A DNA stretch of 64,000 bases from Perna viridis (taxonomy: Eukaryota), in the NCBI GenBank assembly GCA_037379345.1, contig CM074517.1, positions 15,004,001-15,068,000 of the forward strand, in the 5' to 3' direction. Of this stretch, positions 13,323 through 28,123 are shown piece after piece (position 1 is the first letter of the stretch; every line of letters begins with the position of its first letter). A program made the position numbers and the translations under genes. The notes under the pieces were generated by a model. The model was not told the origin of the DNA, searched no databases, and saw only the letters and a program-made list of their open reading frames with translations.

Positions 13323-13892
13323 TTTTACAATTAGGTATGTCTATTTATACAACAAGTATACTAAATGCTTACCCAATTTTTGTGTTTTAAACTCTGCTTT
13401 ATCTATTAACAGATATGGGATACTAGATCCAGTATTCAAATAGTTTACTCATTTATTATCTTAAAAGTCAACCTATTGTCCAACTTGCTACCCAAGAATT
13501 TCTTAATTGATGTTAGCATGACAGGATGGTGCTTTCAGACAAGCAAGCAGTCACAATAGCTTGAAAACACCTAAAATAGAACCAGGACTCAATTAATTAA
13601 AGTTACGCAATACAGTATGTTACAACTTCTCCTCTACTTTTCGTAAAAAAAGTGATATGGCTTAATGTTTTCTTACTGTTTCTTGCATGTACGTAGAAAA
13701 AGTTCTTTGATGTCCTTCATGATAATAATTGGTGATATGCATCAGGCAAGTTCAGCAAAATATGGTAATAAAACAATTTATCTTACTCTAAAAGGTCTAG
13801 TATTGACATAGCTGACTTTGGACCAAACATTGATGATATATATTATTAACGACATTTGCAATATCAAAATGAATATAACCGTATGACAGGAC

Positions 13893-14969
13893 TATATTAT
13901 TATTACGTGGGCTGGTCATACTTAACCTTTGGCATTGCCTCAGGCCGTTATGGCGAGCCGAGGACCTATAATCCAGGCAATATGAAAACCAATACGTAAT
14001 GATACCTTAATTATTTAACTACATGATTTAATTATTATTTTATGAAATCTAAACTGCCTAAGTCATTTTGGAAGAAGAAAATGCACACTTTATAAGACTA
14101 CCTTAACATGACCTATACTTTTTTGTCTTTAAATTGGGAGTTAAGTTCCAATATCGTCTTTCTTTTCTTTTACTTCATTCGCCTTAGTTCTAAACTGACA
14201 CATCCAAATAATTCTTCTAGAAAATTCGGGTGTTTACATTTCCACAAATCTTCTGCAACTCTTTAATAATTTGTTTTATGTAAAGCCCTTATACATGTAT
14301 ATCCTAACTTTTCAAATTACGTTGAAGTCACGTCAAACCCGGCCAATATTGAAAACATCCATCTTGGCTTAAGTTTTTGATATTGGTCAGGTTGACGCTT
14401 TTATATCATAAGGCCAGTTCAGGTTGTATTAAATACAATTCTATAGAGTTAGTTAATTGACTAACCAGTCCAATACGTCATATTGGCCACGTCAAAATGA
14501 CGTATTGGACGAGTAAAAGTCGTATTTGACGGATAAATCCCATATTGGAGGCTAAATCCCATATTGGACAGCTGAATCCCGTATTGGCGTACTTTTGTAT
14601 TTTATATGGTATTGGTAGTTTTATCATATCTAGGATAATATTCGAACGTTAGTCAATAATATAGTATTATTTCGGAAGGTTTTCCATATTGGCTTAGTTA
14701 TTGCATGGTCCGAGGCTAGTCACATTAGACGTAGGCGTACATTAGGCGTAGCCGAAGTCCAATATTGCTAACAGAGGACCAATAACTCAGCCAATATGGA
14801 AAACCTTACGCAATTATACCTCTACTTACTAACTAGTCCAAAATGTAATATTGGCCTGATTTTAATCCATACTGTCCTATGCAAGTATGACGAATTGGAC
14901 TAGTTAGTCAGTATAATTGCGTATTGTACAATAAGGCCAATATGGAAAACCGTACGCAATAATACTATA
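13893..14969. mobile_element. Non-autonomous DNA-transposon-like element built of nested inverted repeats and a ~20-bp tandem array (Crypton/MITE-like)
   Basis: Inverted repeat 14660-14697 pairs with 14933-14969, and 14664-14703 with 14780-14819. Further inverted repeats at 14826-14855/14881-14910 and 14331-14397. A related end pair lies at 13893-14010. About 6 tandem CRTATTGG-containing units span 14478-14588. No ORF. Confidence 0.7.
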
Positions 14970-17900
14970 GTATTGAATGATGTTCAAACTCTTGTTTAAT
15001 TTAATTAAAAAAACATTCGTAATAGTCAAAATTTATAGAAGTACAATGCAACATCAAACATGGAGCTCGAGAAGTGCATGGACACTTCTTTCTTTTTTCT
15101 GCTACCTCCTTTTCGGTGTATTGCTAAATATAAGAGTTGACCGAGTACTATGAAAAAGCCAGGAAGCACTGCTGTCAAGGGACAATTTGTCTTAATTGCT
15201 CTGTACTGTAAGCCGCCATCAAAATAAACAAACATCTACCGAGATAGACAAGCCGTCTTGTTCATACTGGCGTGCCATTATGTTTGAGTAAGCTGTGAAA
15301 ATTATTGATGTTGTTAGTTTTTTATTCCAAGTCAAATGTACTGTGAACTGATTACATGAAATTTAACAACAGAAGACTGCCTTCCGTTTGATATAGGAAA
15401 CTTTAATATCCCAATGTATCACTTCTGTCGAGAAAACAGTAGGTGTAAAATCCGAGGTCTTTATTCTCTCGGAATCTAATTGAGCGGAAATCACGGTGAT
15501 GCTAGCGATACTTATAATCGTTTTTCCATATAACTGTACTGGCATGTCCTCGTGGTTTGACTGTTTGTATTAGATGATATACTGTACAGTAAACGGGTAA
15601 TACCATTCATACCCTTGTTTTTGTTTGTTCGGATGTTTAAAAAATAATAATTAAGTTGTTTTAGTGTAAAGTCCATAAACAGACTGTTTTCTTCGAGTTA
15701 TGCGATATTTTTCTTAGCACTTAAAAATAAAGAAAATGGAGCTAGAAAAAATTTGCATTGTAAAGCTTGAAGAATACTCATCACTGTAAATCGGCTATGT
15801 CTGAATAACGATGCCTATATTTGTATGATACCCAGTATACTTCTATCAGTCCATCAATGGTTCTAATAGAAGTTCAAAAAAAGTCTAAAATGAATGCCTG
15901 AGAAGTGACTTGACTTTTTGTTGAATTGCCTACTTTTCAATATCAAAGCAAAGCTTGTAGATATGAAGATGTCAAAAATGGTATAACTGGTAGTGATGAA
16001 AAGGATTCTGCTAGTAACGTGATCAGGCGTACAACTATAAAAACCTCATGCAGTTATTCTCGATGGTCCAATAACGAAAGTTGGACCCACTTCATTATGA
16101 CCTATACAAATTTGAGAGAGTGTCATTTTTATATGTTGTCGTTTGATACATGAGACTATGTATGTATTCAACAACACTGGTTTATTTCTTAAGATTGTGA
16201 AATTATTTAATACTATTGGTTACAACCCTTTACAGTGGAAAAGGGTTTCGCGACTATTGATTTAAAAATAACAATTGCAGAAATCCGTTTCAAACTTGAA
16301 GGATGCAATGTCGACAATATTTCAGTGGAACATTCTTACACTTGAACATGCATAAGTTTTATACACCATGTAAATAGTGTACAGTTCTCCATGTAAATAA
16401 GAGATTTTTTTTGGAAGTATTTACCGTGCACGCAGACTAAAGTATTTTTAGTCGATTGAACGACTATGAAAAATAAAGATAGTGTTTTACTTTGTGTGTG
16501 ACATTAATTTTTTATTTCGTACTGATAAAACTTTTATCTGTAGATTGTATATCAGTTTGTGTCTTGCCATTTTTGTATTTTTTACTGTATTAAGATTTTT
16601 CTGATAATTTATATATATTTTCGCGGACACGGCTATTTGTCACCTGTTCAGGTATTTGTCCAAGAACAATATGACAAGTAGCCTACTAGGGAATAAATAT
16701 TCACATTCAAACGCATTTTAAAATATTATAAACAAATTAAGAGCTACTAATATCTTTAACCGCGTGGTACACAGATTTTGTTAATGTGTGTTTGGCATTG
16801 ATTGTTTGTTATCTTATTTCGTAAACATCTACTGTGTGATATCCCGACATTGAATAAAGTCATAATTTATATTCATCATTTTTTATGAAACCTCACATTT
16901 ACATCAAATATTGAATAAATTTTCCTTTTCTTACCAAGAGTTATCCCCTCCTATTACGATCTTTCTAGTTGTCATGGTTTAATATGGGAATCTGTGATCT
17001 ATAAAAACGCAACAAAGATGCAATCTTAAAAACGCTTTATTAGCATTACTTTAAATGCATTAAAGTCACATCTGTCTTTATATTCGTTTGCACAAAGCCC
17101 ATATATTTTTTTTCTCTTTCGATTTATTATTTTATTTGTTGTATTGTTGTTATATTTCTGAAGCAGCAACAATCTGTATATTTACTTCACGCAATCTTGT
17201 TAGTTAGTTTTTTTATTTATTTTTTTTTAAACAGTAACGTCGAAAATAATTTGTCACATTGTTTTATTTTTTTCAATACATGATATAAATCTACAAAAAT
17301 TGTCCTGCAAAATTAATAGATTGATTTGTTTTTTGTTACTTGAGAATCGGTTCGTGAGTTTTTCTCTATTTGCATTTGTTGTTTGAATTGATTCATTCAG
17401 CGGTACTTACCCGATTATATATGAAAAGTTTGTCTGCTAGACGTTAGATGTTTACATCAAATGTATAATGAAATTGTAGACTTTTCGTGTGTTTTACAAA
17501 CCTTTCTTAAAACAAAACAAAAAATGGCACAGAGTATCGTTAAATAAGAGGGGAGGGAACTTTTCTCAAAAATTGAAACAAAGGTAGCAGTCACATTTGT
17601 AGTGAAACAAAAATTCCGTGGATAGTAATGATTTTGTAGAATCTGCATCATAACAACATTTCATTTTTTAACAAGTAAAGCGGTTTTATTCTAAAAACAG
17701 CACATGCCAAAGTAATGTGACATCTGATTAACATTATACACGATGGCGTCGTCTTTAAATATAGGGGTGATAGAAGAAGCAAATGATAAAAATCTACTAA
17801 GAAGGTCGTTTTCCTCATTGATGGGAAATTCAGTATGGTACCCGTATATTATGGTCACTTAATTATAGCATATGCATTATTCTAAGTATTACGCTTAGCA

Positions 17901-20900
17901 TAAAAAAATAAACTGTGATGGCGCACAGGTACTACAAATTTTCCTCTTAATATCATTGAAGAACATCTCTGGTAGTAAATTTACATAAGACTTCGCAATT
18001 TTTCTCATTTTTTACTGCACTGTTACTCAGATTAATGATGAATACAACTTTTAGTTATCTGAATAGACATTTGCCTGGTAGCTTATGTTTCCTATTTTTT
18101 TTCTTCTTGAATTCAAACAAGGCTGAAAATGGAGTCCATTTCCCAAATTTCCACGTAGAATTACCTTGTACTATACCATAACGCATAAACCCCGTATGCA
18201 TGTACTTGCAATTTTGTTTTAAAGTTGCTTATTAAAGTAATTTGTTCCGCGAACACATACATTCATATGAAGAATTTGACAGGATACTTTAAGTACTTTC
18301 AGATTTAAATAATTTTGAATACAAAAGCCGGTTATGGACATTAATTAGTGACTGTGCTCGTACCTAATGGTTTCAAAATTCGTATTCCATGGAAAATCGC
18401 TTTATGTCACAGCTTGAAACGGATTGTAACGCTTAAACTATTGTTTCTGTATAAACATCGTGTTACACTTGCATACAGATTGGCGGAACAATACACTAAG
18501 CCGGACATTAAACTGAACTGTACCCAAATACCACGACAAGTGCTCTTTGAAGTGTTTAAGTATTGGAATCAAAAATGGAAATTTTGGCCGTAAAATTCTT
18601 TTTTATCACTCGTTGATTGCTGATGATATATTAAACAAATGTAATCAAATTTTAGAAGACAATAAAGTAATTCTTTTAAGAGGAAGACAACTTGCATGTG
18701 GCGAAATATCTGAAATTCTTTGAAGTTAAAATTTGAATCGTTTTGCATTCCAATACCTTTGTCTCTATGCACTAGGTATAAACATTAGATTACGGTTGAA
18801 TATAACAATTTGTTTTAAGCTTAATCTCAACCAGAAATTAAAGGGGAAAGGCTTGTATAAATAATGTAAAAAGTTTCAACGAAATTCAATTTGTCGTCAA
18901 AGGTTTACCATTAGTATTTATGTATTTATATCTCTGTCATGGTTTTCAAGAATAAAATTAGCACCATTAATTAACTCTTAAAGTTTTCCAGTAAAAGTAA
19001 TGAATTAAAATTTTGTGTGTTCTCTTTGCTTCTGTTTTTTTTCTATTTTTGTTTGAATAATTTGTTTGTTTGTTTTTTTGTTTTTGTTAAAATAGAAAAA
19101 CATTCATCATTTATTTCCGTTTTCTTTGCATGTTTGTACAGAACAATTTCAGTTTGAAATCCAGTATTTAGTTTTGTAGTTTTGTATTTTTTTTTTTTCG
19201 AATAATCATTTGATACCTCTAATTTATCCAAAGCTAATCTAGTTTTACTCTGTGTCCTTTCCTCTGAGTCTATATTTCTCTATGGGCTTTATGTTCTAAT
19301 AGTATATAAGTAACTTGTTGGTCTTTTTTTTTTCTTTGCTTTTTATTTTGCTGGATCCTCCTAAACGCTACATAACAAAAGCAGAATGTATATTTGATAT
19401 TTCACAAATAGAACTGTTGCTAAAAAACATTAATAACAGTAAGTATATGTATTAACATATCTGGTCGCATCACGTGACTTCTCCAGTTACTGATTAGTTG
19501 TATATGTTTCATTTTCTTTCATGACTTTACTGCTTTTACACTTAAATTTCGGCGTTTTCCCTATCTGTCATCGAGGTCTCCCACTGTTCCTACAATGTGG
19601 TTATTTGTATGACAAATAATGATATTGTCGTTTGGAACTACCGCCTTTGGTCAGAGTTTTAGTGGTAACAGAAATAAAAGTAACAAAATTTAATCCCCAA
19701 CTTTGCAATTATTAGAAACACCATACTGTGAAGTAACAATTTTGTACTATTTCAAAACACAAAAATTTCCATTTGAATCAGTTCTCATACGATGAGATTA
19801 CAAATTATCGTGTGATTTCATATTTAGTGGTATTTGGTCCCGTTACACCTCGAGCTCTTATTGTATGCAGAGAAATGCTTCTGACAAAAATTGAGATGTT
19901 ATATTCATATGAACCATATTAAAATATCGTATAAGAAAATCCGGGTTTTACCAAATCTGTGATTAATGTCGAAATACTTCTTCAATTCAGAGTTCAAAAT
20001 ATTTAAGTTAACTTCGTAATCTCCATAGTAGATTGTTATTTCGAGTGTTTTTCGGGGTGAAAAGGTTGAAAATAGATAACGGACTCTCAAGTTTAGTATG
20101 TATTGTATAGACTTTAGAGCCTGTAAGTGATATTCCTCTTCTAGGGGTTTTGTGGTACATCTTTCACATGATGTCAAAAGAGGGGAGAAGAACGGAAAAA
20201 ATGTGAAGGAAACCCCCACCTTCAATTGAAAACGCAATAAAAATGATGTGCATTTTGATGCTTATAATTATTCGTGTTTCCCTGGCAACCTTATGACAAT
20301 ACCGTACAGGGTTCAAACTTAGATTTAGTTATGCATGTGCTTAAAATATTTCCAACTTTAAACACGTTTATGCGTTATTATAAAAACATTAATTTTTATT
20401 GACAGATGACTGAATGAGTACAAGCTTAGGACTTGCACTCGATGACGGAGACCCAAACAAGGACTTCGGATCGTAAAACGGAAATATATCGGCAATAAAT
20501 ATCGAACGTACTTAACTGGCCTCCAAATTCGACATTTTGTTGTCTCGAGGAAAATATGAATCCGTTTGTTCACCAAAGACTGTTACACGAGAAATTGATC
20601 AGTGACATAAGATATCTATGTTTCACGTTTGAAAATGAATTTAGTTCCGACATCACCTGGCGCTGTTCATGTTTTTGATGTTTCATGTTGCAGTGCATGA
20701 TTAGCAAGTTTGATGATGAGCTGACTCGCCAAATATTCATAAAACATCATATTCTTGACTTATATATATTACAGGTAAAATTCTTTTCTTTTAGCTTGAC
20801 TTTTTGTTATTGCTTCGACAATAAAAACACATGTATCTTGTTTGAAGCTTACCATGTATATTTGACGCTTGCAGACAACGAGCATTTTAAGCTTTCTCGC

Positions 20901-21724
20901 TACTTTTCTATATGCAGGAAGTTAGCAATAGTCAACTATAGTTATGATTTATCCTATGAGAACATTCTTAGCTTTCGTATAAAACACTATCGATTGTCTT
21001 TAACCAAAAAGTGTTTTAAAGTCCCAATTTCGCTGAAAGTTTTCTTCTTCTTAACAAAAGCTGAAATGTCAGTTTTCTTACTCTGTTTGTTGGGCTATAT
21101 CTTTTTTTTTTAAATCCTGGATTATTCTCAGAATTGGAGAAAACGTGACACAAAAATGGAGCGCACTGAAGTCACACAGATATAGTAACAGTTTTAGATG
21201 AACAAAGATATAACATTTTATGACTGAACAAGATGCTATGTGTGTATGTCGGCGTATCGTATTTCATACCCTGATCGATGATAGTCTTTATTCGTTTTGC
21301 AAATATGACCTACGATCATATGTTTCCTTCCTTACTGTTTTATCAAACATCTCAAATTAACAATTAAACACGTTTTTCTTTCCTATCTGAAGCAGACTTT
21401 GAATTACGTTGTTGTAGTAATTATAGAAAAGCTCAATTATAGTTTTCAGCCACCCGCATAACTGGTAAAATTGAAGCAAAACAGTATTTCTAATGTTATA
21501 CAAAGGGAATATATTAAATATACTTGTAGGGTTTTGTTGGTTTTGTAGGTGTAAATTGATTGTGTTTACGATGTTAACTGTTAACATACAACCACAACTG
21601 TTGCATTAAAGATCTAGTACTTTTTCAAGGATTTTCGGAATTTTATTAAATTCTTTTATTTTGTGTTCTTCTTTCCCATACATTTTGTATGTTTTGCATC
21701 ACCGTTTGTCTCTTTTTCCATGAT

Positions 21725-21891
21725 AGCTGTAGTTGTTTACATTTCTTCAAGTAATCGTTGGTATCATTAATCAGCCAAATTAATCGACATACATACACAT
21801 AGGGATGAGGTAATTGTAGTTGTAATCGTTAATCAGCTGTAGTTGTTTACATTTCTTCAAGTAATCGTTGGTATCATTAATCAGCCAAATT
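21725..21891 (+). repeat. Exact 57-bp direct repeat (21725-21781 and 21835-21891)
   Basis: AGCTGTAGTTGTTTACATTTCTTCAAGTAATCGTTGGTATCATTAATCAGCCAAATT occurs twice, 110 bp apart. Confidence 0.95.
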
Positions 21892-22574
21892 TCTGATTAC
21901 ATGTAATTTAATTTAATCAAATACTTTTCGAAATACCCAGTACTTCTGATTATTTTATGATTACATTATTACAATGGAAATATTAAAGCGTCAAATGGTA
22001 TCTATGGATAATGCATTATGTTAACACCAAATAAAAAAGAGAAAAATGATTGTTAATCATTCAATGCTTCTTTGGGTAAATTTTTCATTTGTGTTTTTTT
22101 TTCTTTTTTTTTTTAAGATATTACAAAATGTTAATTCAATAACAAACAAGTAAAACAAATATAATTATTCTAATGAAAAAATGTTTGTAAGAGCTATCAA
22201 AAGATCCTGTACAATTGTTTTAATGAATTTGATATGAAGTACAAAGTAAAACACAAGGGTATATAAAATTTTATCATCTCATTGCAAATGCCCTTGGCTA
22301 AAAACTGATCAACTGCATGCCAAAATGCAAAGTGGGTTCATTTTATGATTTTAAGCTAGATTTGTGTAAAGTGAATGTTTAATGTTATTGTGGAAAATTC
22401 CGTTATTTGTGAATTCATTGTAATCGGATGTAATCATGATTACTAGCCAGTGTAATCATTCATCTAATCAATTACTTTCAGAAATGCTATAATCATTAAT
22501 TTAATTTAATCATACATTTAACAAAGTAATTTTGATTTAATCAATTACAGTAAAGGTAATCGAATCCATCTCTA
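21800..22574. mobile_element. hAT-type MITE
   Basis: Termini TAGGGATG...CATCTCTA with an imperfect 8-bp target duplication (CATACACA / CATACATG). Many subterminal GTAATC/GATTAC motifs at both ends. No ORF. Confidence 0.7.
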
Positions 22575-25355
22575 CATACATGTTTGGTAAGCTATATACA
22601 TGTATGTGATGCAAATAATATCAAAGTGAATATATTATCTGACATCCATCCGTCCCTCCATCCATATATCTATTCTCAGATCAAAATTTGCGTTGCATTG
22701 TAATGAAACTTGGTGAACTTGTTGAAAGTTAATGACATGAGTCCCGTATCTATATACCTTCTTTTTTCTGTTATTTAAGTAATGATACATGCAGTTCATG
22801 GTAATATTTGGAAACAATATTCAACATCAAATTGCAAATGTGGTTGACAGAATTTAGAATGGCATTGCTTTGATTTAGTTGGTGGATATAATTATTCTTA
22901 ACACTATGTCCACATCAACTCCCGGGAGGATGTATTTTTGTAATTTCTAAAAGGTCTAAGGTAATGGCTTCGGTAGAATTACACATTTTAAATAAAACCT
23001 GACCATTTTCGGATGAGAGTTAAGACATTCAAAAAGTAATATGCATATAATATGGGTGGTTTGATATTGTTCTTGTCAACGGAAACCTTTTTAACCTTTT
23101 CTCTTCAATACTTATGTATATTTCTATCAGTTGTTAACGTACGAACTCTCGTTACAATGTAAAAGAAAAGAATATTCTGCTGACAAATACTCCACATGTT
23201 TGAGTGGTACAACTCTCTTCCTAAACCACCACATATTTTCAGGGTATTATCGGCCAATACAGTTATTTAATTTTGCATCTATGGACAGAGTTACAGTTGT
23301 GTTCGCGCATGCAGTGAATATGTGTGCTTCAGTATTCATGATTTGGGTGAAACATTTCTGATTTTCACTGAGTGAAAGTTGAAATGAATGCTGTTAATAT
23401 TGTGAATCGAAATCATTTTGAATTTCCTTTGATGTTGTTTCAATAGTTCATTAATCGTTTAAAAAGGGGAAAAAGTCGGACAGCAATAAGTAGTCGATTG
23501 ATACATATTCAATAGTTGTTTTAAGCGAGAAAAATATAACTCTGTGATTATTGATCCCTAGAATGTTGAGATGATGAATAGATTTTATTTTGAATTAACC
23601 TACCAGATATTCATATCAATAATTTTTTTAAATACTGTTTCACATGCATTCTTTCCCATTTATCTTTTCGAAATACATATTCAGTTTGCGATCAGAAATC
23701 GATTACATCATTGAGAAAAAAACACAGTGTTTGTAGTACAGAAAAATTTCTCGATTCAAATAGATAAATCATAAAGCAACAAATAAAAACAAACACCAGT
23801 GATCAGTATTGGAATCAACCACGGTACATGCGTCAAAACGCCGTCATCAATATCAACACATTCGCTGACATGTTTTCAAAATATATTTGTAGGTTAACGG
23901 AATCAATTAAACTGTTCAATTATTTATTTCATTAAAAAGCCTTATCTGTGATAATTTATCATTTTATTTACTAAAGAAGTTCAAATGAAAATTGTCCATT
24001 ACAATTGTGTACTACTTTAACTTTATCTCTTTGATCAAGAAGGTCCTTTAGTCCTCCGATATCGACATACGCTCGTATAATGCATAGCGTCATTTTTCAT
24101 CGAAAGTTTCGGATCATAATATGGGCTGGGCATCAACTGTAACTGTCTGTTGTTGATTTTGAATTCGTTTTTATTTTTCACTAAAGACCATCCACTTGCT
24201 GTATTTTAAGTGGGTTTATAATGTTCGTGCTGACTTACGGGCAATTTCATTTAATAAATAAATGACATCATATTCTGTATATCATATGTCTAAATATCTA
24301 GCAAATGGGGACGTCTTATGCCTTTATACATAAAGCGACAATACTGGTACTTTGTTTGAGTAAGAGTGGTAAAAGTACTGTTGATATAAGATCTCACGAG
24401 AACTGCTCTATCGATACGTTATTGTAACTGACAAACGTCTTTAAAGCTTTGATATTAGCTCCTTGCTAGTCGTGTCTTTTAGTTTTGTCTGAAACTTATA
24501 TTTTTTTTCTTTAAGACTGCCTATGTGGTCTGTTACCAAAAACTGTTTCCGAATTAGGGATTAAAAGGGATTTTGTGGGTTTTGAAATGCATAAATCATC
24601 TCCTGAAATTTATAAAGACAGCTACTTTTAAAATAGTTCCTTAAAAGTCCTTAATAATATGCAGAAAAAAAGCCTATATATATACATGTATTTGAACACC
24701 GAACTCAGGTCTAGTTTATTCAATGCAATTCGATTTTCTGTGTAACATATTGTTGATCAAGCCCTGGTTACAGACTCTCGTATATATGGGCATGTACTAA
24801 GTCACCTTCTAAAGTGCATTAGTGGGGGTCACAAGACGCGACATCTTCAAAAGATGAAAATAGATGCTACCATTAATCATAATTTATAGATATAAATCTA
24901 TACCAGTTGACCACAAGCCTTTCGATTTGATAGTTTTCATGTCACCGTGAAACATGACGAAAATTATATATCAACGGCGATTATACTTCAAGATTTTTTT
25001 CTCAAAAATTCAATTTACGCATGCCAAGTATATTTTTCATATTTAGACAACATTGCGGTTTCACATAATTCCATTTATCTGCAATCGTAGGTTTAGGACG
25101 AACAACAAGTTATAATATCCATTTTCATGTCGTTGGAATCGTTGAAAAAAAGCACACCACATATTCGGACTAGATGTTCAGGACTGTCTGTCTAGATTAA
25201 TTCGTGGTTATGTAATATACTATATAGGTATGTTTTGTTCTTCTTTCTCTGTTGATCTTTGAACGTTTGGTTAACTGCTTAAGTAAAATGTTGACGATGC
25301 GACCCCCCTGAAAACGGTTATATGTACTTAGAATTGACTTGCGTTTTTTAAGTTA

Positions 25356-25536
25356 AAGTTGCGGATTTGAGGGGGTGGTCATGTGGGCTTGAACCCCTCC
25401 TCAAGCCTTATTATTTTTGTGCGAACTTGAGACAAAAATGATCAACTAATATCCTAGAAACCCTACCTCTTCCATTTTTTCCTTATATTTTTTTTATCTC
25501 ATTTCCTCTTTCTATAAATATCTGGATCTGCCTCTG
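25356..25536. mobile_element. Degenerate MITE of the same GGCGGATCCAG-end type
   Basis: Left end GCGGATTTGAGGGGG and right end TCTGGATCTGCCTCTG, with internal GGGG/CCCC blocks. Confidence 0.45.
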
Positions 25537-25812
25537 AATTTTCTAATCTTTTTGGTTTTTTTTGTTTTTTTAGTACCAAATCACCGTTTGATATAAATGT
25601 GTATTCATATTCATACGATTAACAATGTCCTTGATAACAACTTTTTTTCAATCTCTCTATTCCAATTTTAATTTTGTTTAACGGATCTAAACCTTAAAAC
25701 ATTCGAGAAGGATATTGTGAATTACACAATTTAATCATACTTTTTACATGTTATACTATGATAAAAACAAATTTCACAGAATATCTTTCAGAAATTACAG
25801 AAATTATGTATA

Positions 25813-25864
25813 TATTATAAAAATTAATGTTCATTTATTATAAAAATTAATGTTCATTTATTAT
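25813..25864 (+). repeat. 23-bp tandem duplication
   Basis: TATTATAAAAATTAATGTTCATT occurs twice exactly, plus a partial third copy. Confidence 0.9.
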
Positions 25865-28123
25865 TTATTTATTTTAGTATTTATTGATGTAAATAGGCTT
25901 CCTTTACAATGATTTTTTCTTGTTTTGTTAGGTCAAATATTTCATTCTTCAAGGCTTATTTGAAGAAAAGACATACTGTACCAGTTACATAGAAATATAA
26001 TCCGAGAGATTTTACAAATTTGTATGGAATCAAAACTTGAATAATAAGTGACAAAGATGTTGCGTAATAAAATTCACAAGAAAATGAATAGGAAAAACAT
26101 TTACTTTCCTTCCGACAACTTTTTTTTTGGCCTAACTGGAGTGGCAATACACGTTTTATATTTATTTATTTAATAATCAAACTCACCACGTGTGTTCAGA
26201 CCAATTCTTTGATCTCATAAAAAACGATTTGGAGCCCAAATTGTTTTCTAAAAGGTGACTATCTGTTGCAGAGGATGAAATGGGGCATAAAATCGAAAAA
26301 CTTATATTTTCCACCATGTTGCAAGCTCTTTTAGTTTTTTTTTAGATTCTATATAACACAAAACACGGTCATTGAAGAGTCTCAGATTAATTTCAAATGA
26401 TATGTATTAATTTCTATTTTGTTGTAACAGGCGAAACGGCAGATCGTGAAATTTTGTTAAAAAATTGTGCTATTTTAATTGAGCGGAATAATGACAATCA
26501 ACTAAGCCTCCATCAACGAGAAAGATCAAAAGCTTGCCTATAAACGGCAATAAACTGTTTTTCAATAGGTATACAATTCGTGAAGTCGATAATGTGAAAA
26601 AGATTTTTTCGCCAGAAGAAATTTTCACACAGTCGTTGAGAATGTGGTCACTTTATAACAAGAAAACTATACCCCATAGCAATTCAATACTTATATGATC
26701 ATTCGATGGTCTCTTTCATTGCTATTGTAAGTCCATTTTTGCAGGCGGAGATGTGTTGTGCAATCTTGTTTGAAGCAACGCGAGGCTTGCTGTTTGTCTC
26801 CCGCCCCCAGTCTGGCGTTCTCTTGGTGGTCAATGTGATGCTACATTCCTTTGAAGATTTTCCACGATCATCTTATTACTCAAAAGAATCTTATACCGAG
26901 ATACTATGGGACATCGGCTAGAATTCAAACGAAAAATTCGTCCACAATTCATTCTGATTCGCCTCTTTGATTTCTATCAATTTGTCATATGGTCCCCAAA
27001 CGTGGTGGTCATATCGCATACCTATCTATTAAATAATTTAGACAAAGCCTAACCTGCTAAAACTTTCGGTCACTTCAAAAGAAAGCCGAAGATTGCCTCT
27101 ATACATTGAACTAAGGAAATGATCTTTTAAAAGTGATGAAGATTTAAAATGATGACTAAGGAAATGTAATGAGTAAAATGTTTGCGACACAATAGAAATA
27201 AATAAATAACAATTTATCTCTGTAGTTTCCATGTGATGTATGACTTGCGTTTCACGATATAGCACTAGTCTCTGCTTTTCGGTGCCGCTTTCGTGCTATT
27301 AAATCGTACACGCGAAAATCATTATGGGTTTTCCAATCGCTTCTTGTGTCATTGATTTATTCCTCGTATCATAATGTAATGAACATGGTCCAGATGCGCG
27401 GACTGCACCTGTACCAAAACGATACATCGGAACATAATTATTGTTTAATGTTTAGTTTTCTGTATCCCTACAGTACTCTCTGTAGTATGGTCTTTACTAT
27501 TTCGCATTTTCACAAAAGTTATACTGGTACCCAATGAAAAAAAAAACATATATAATTAACGTGGGCGTAATAAATATTAACATTCGTTTTACAAGGAGAA
27601 CTAAAAAGTATATTGTACATTCACTTACACATGTAGCTATTCATTTATTTGAAATTCACATCGTTGTCATGTAGTAAACAAAACCACAATCAATGTTCAC
27701 AGCCCAAAAGAGGAAAATAATTTTGACAAGAAGTCATGTCAAAATACTCATGATAAGTTGACATTTGGCGTAAACCACAAGACAATGCCTTTTGAATTAG
27801 AATATGATAAATGAACCATGTTTAGGCATGTAAGTATCACTACCTATGTATTTAGGTTTTTTTCTGTTTGTTTTAACTTATAAAGCCTCTGGTTCATTTT
27901 CTCGACTGTTTTGTAAAGCTTTATAAAAATCAAAACAATTTAGCAGGAAACAATGTGATTGTGTACCGGGTAATAATTCTAGAGTTTCTGAATATAACAT
28001 ATGCTTCTATGGTAATTATAATTGGGCATTGTTTTAAGTAAAATTTCCAAATAGGTATGTTCGTTTGTTTTGTTTGTATACTAAGATTTATTTGGTGTTT
28101 TATCAAGAGAGCTACACCATTTG

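Noticed and set aside
18368-18379. WFQN-encoding 12-mer
   Set aside because: Immediately preceded by an in-frame TAA, with no other homeodomain residues.
20647-20665. CTCF-like CCGACATCACCTGGCGCTG (also 51922-51939)
   Set aside because: The core invariant G is missing in the first and the spacing is one base short in the second.
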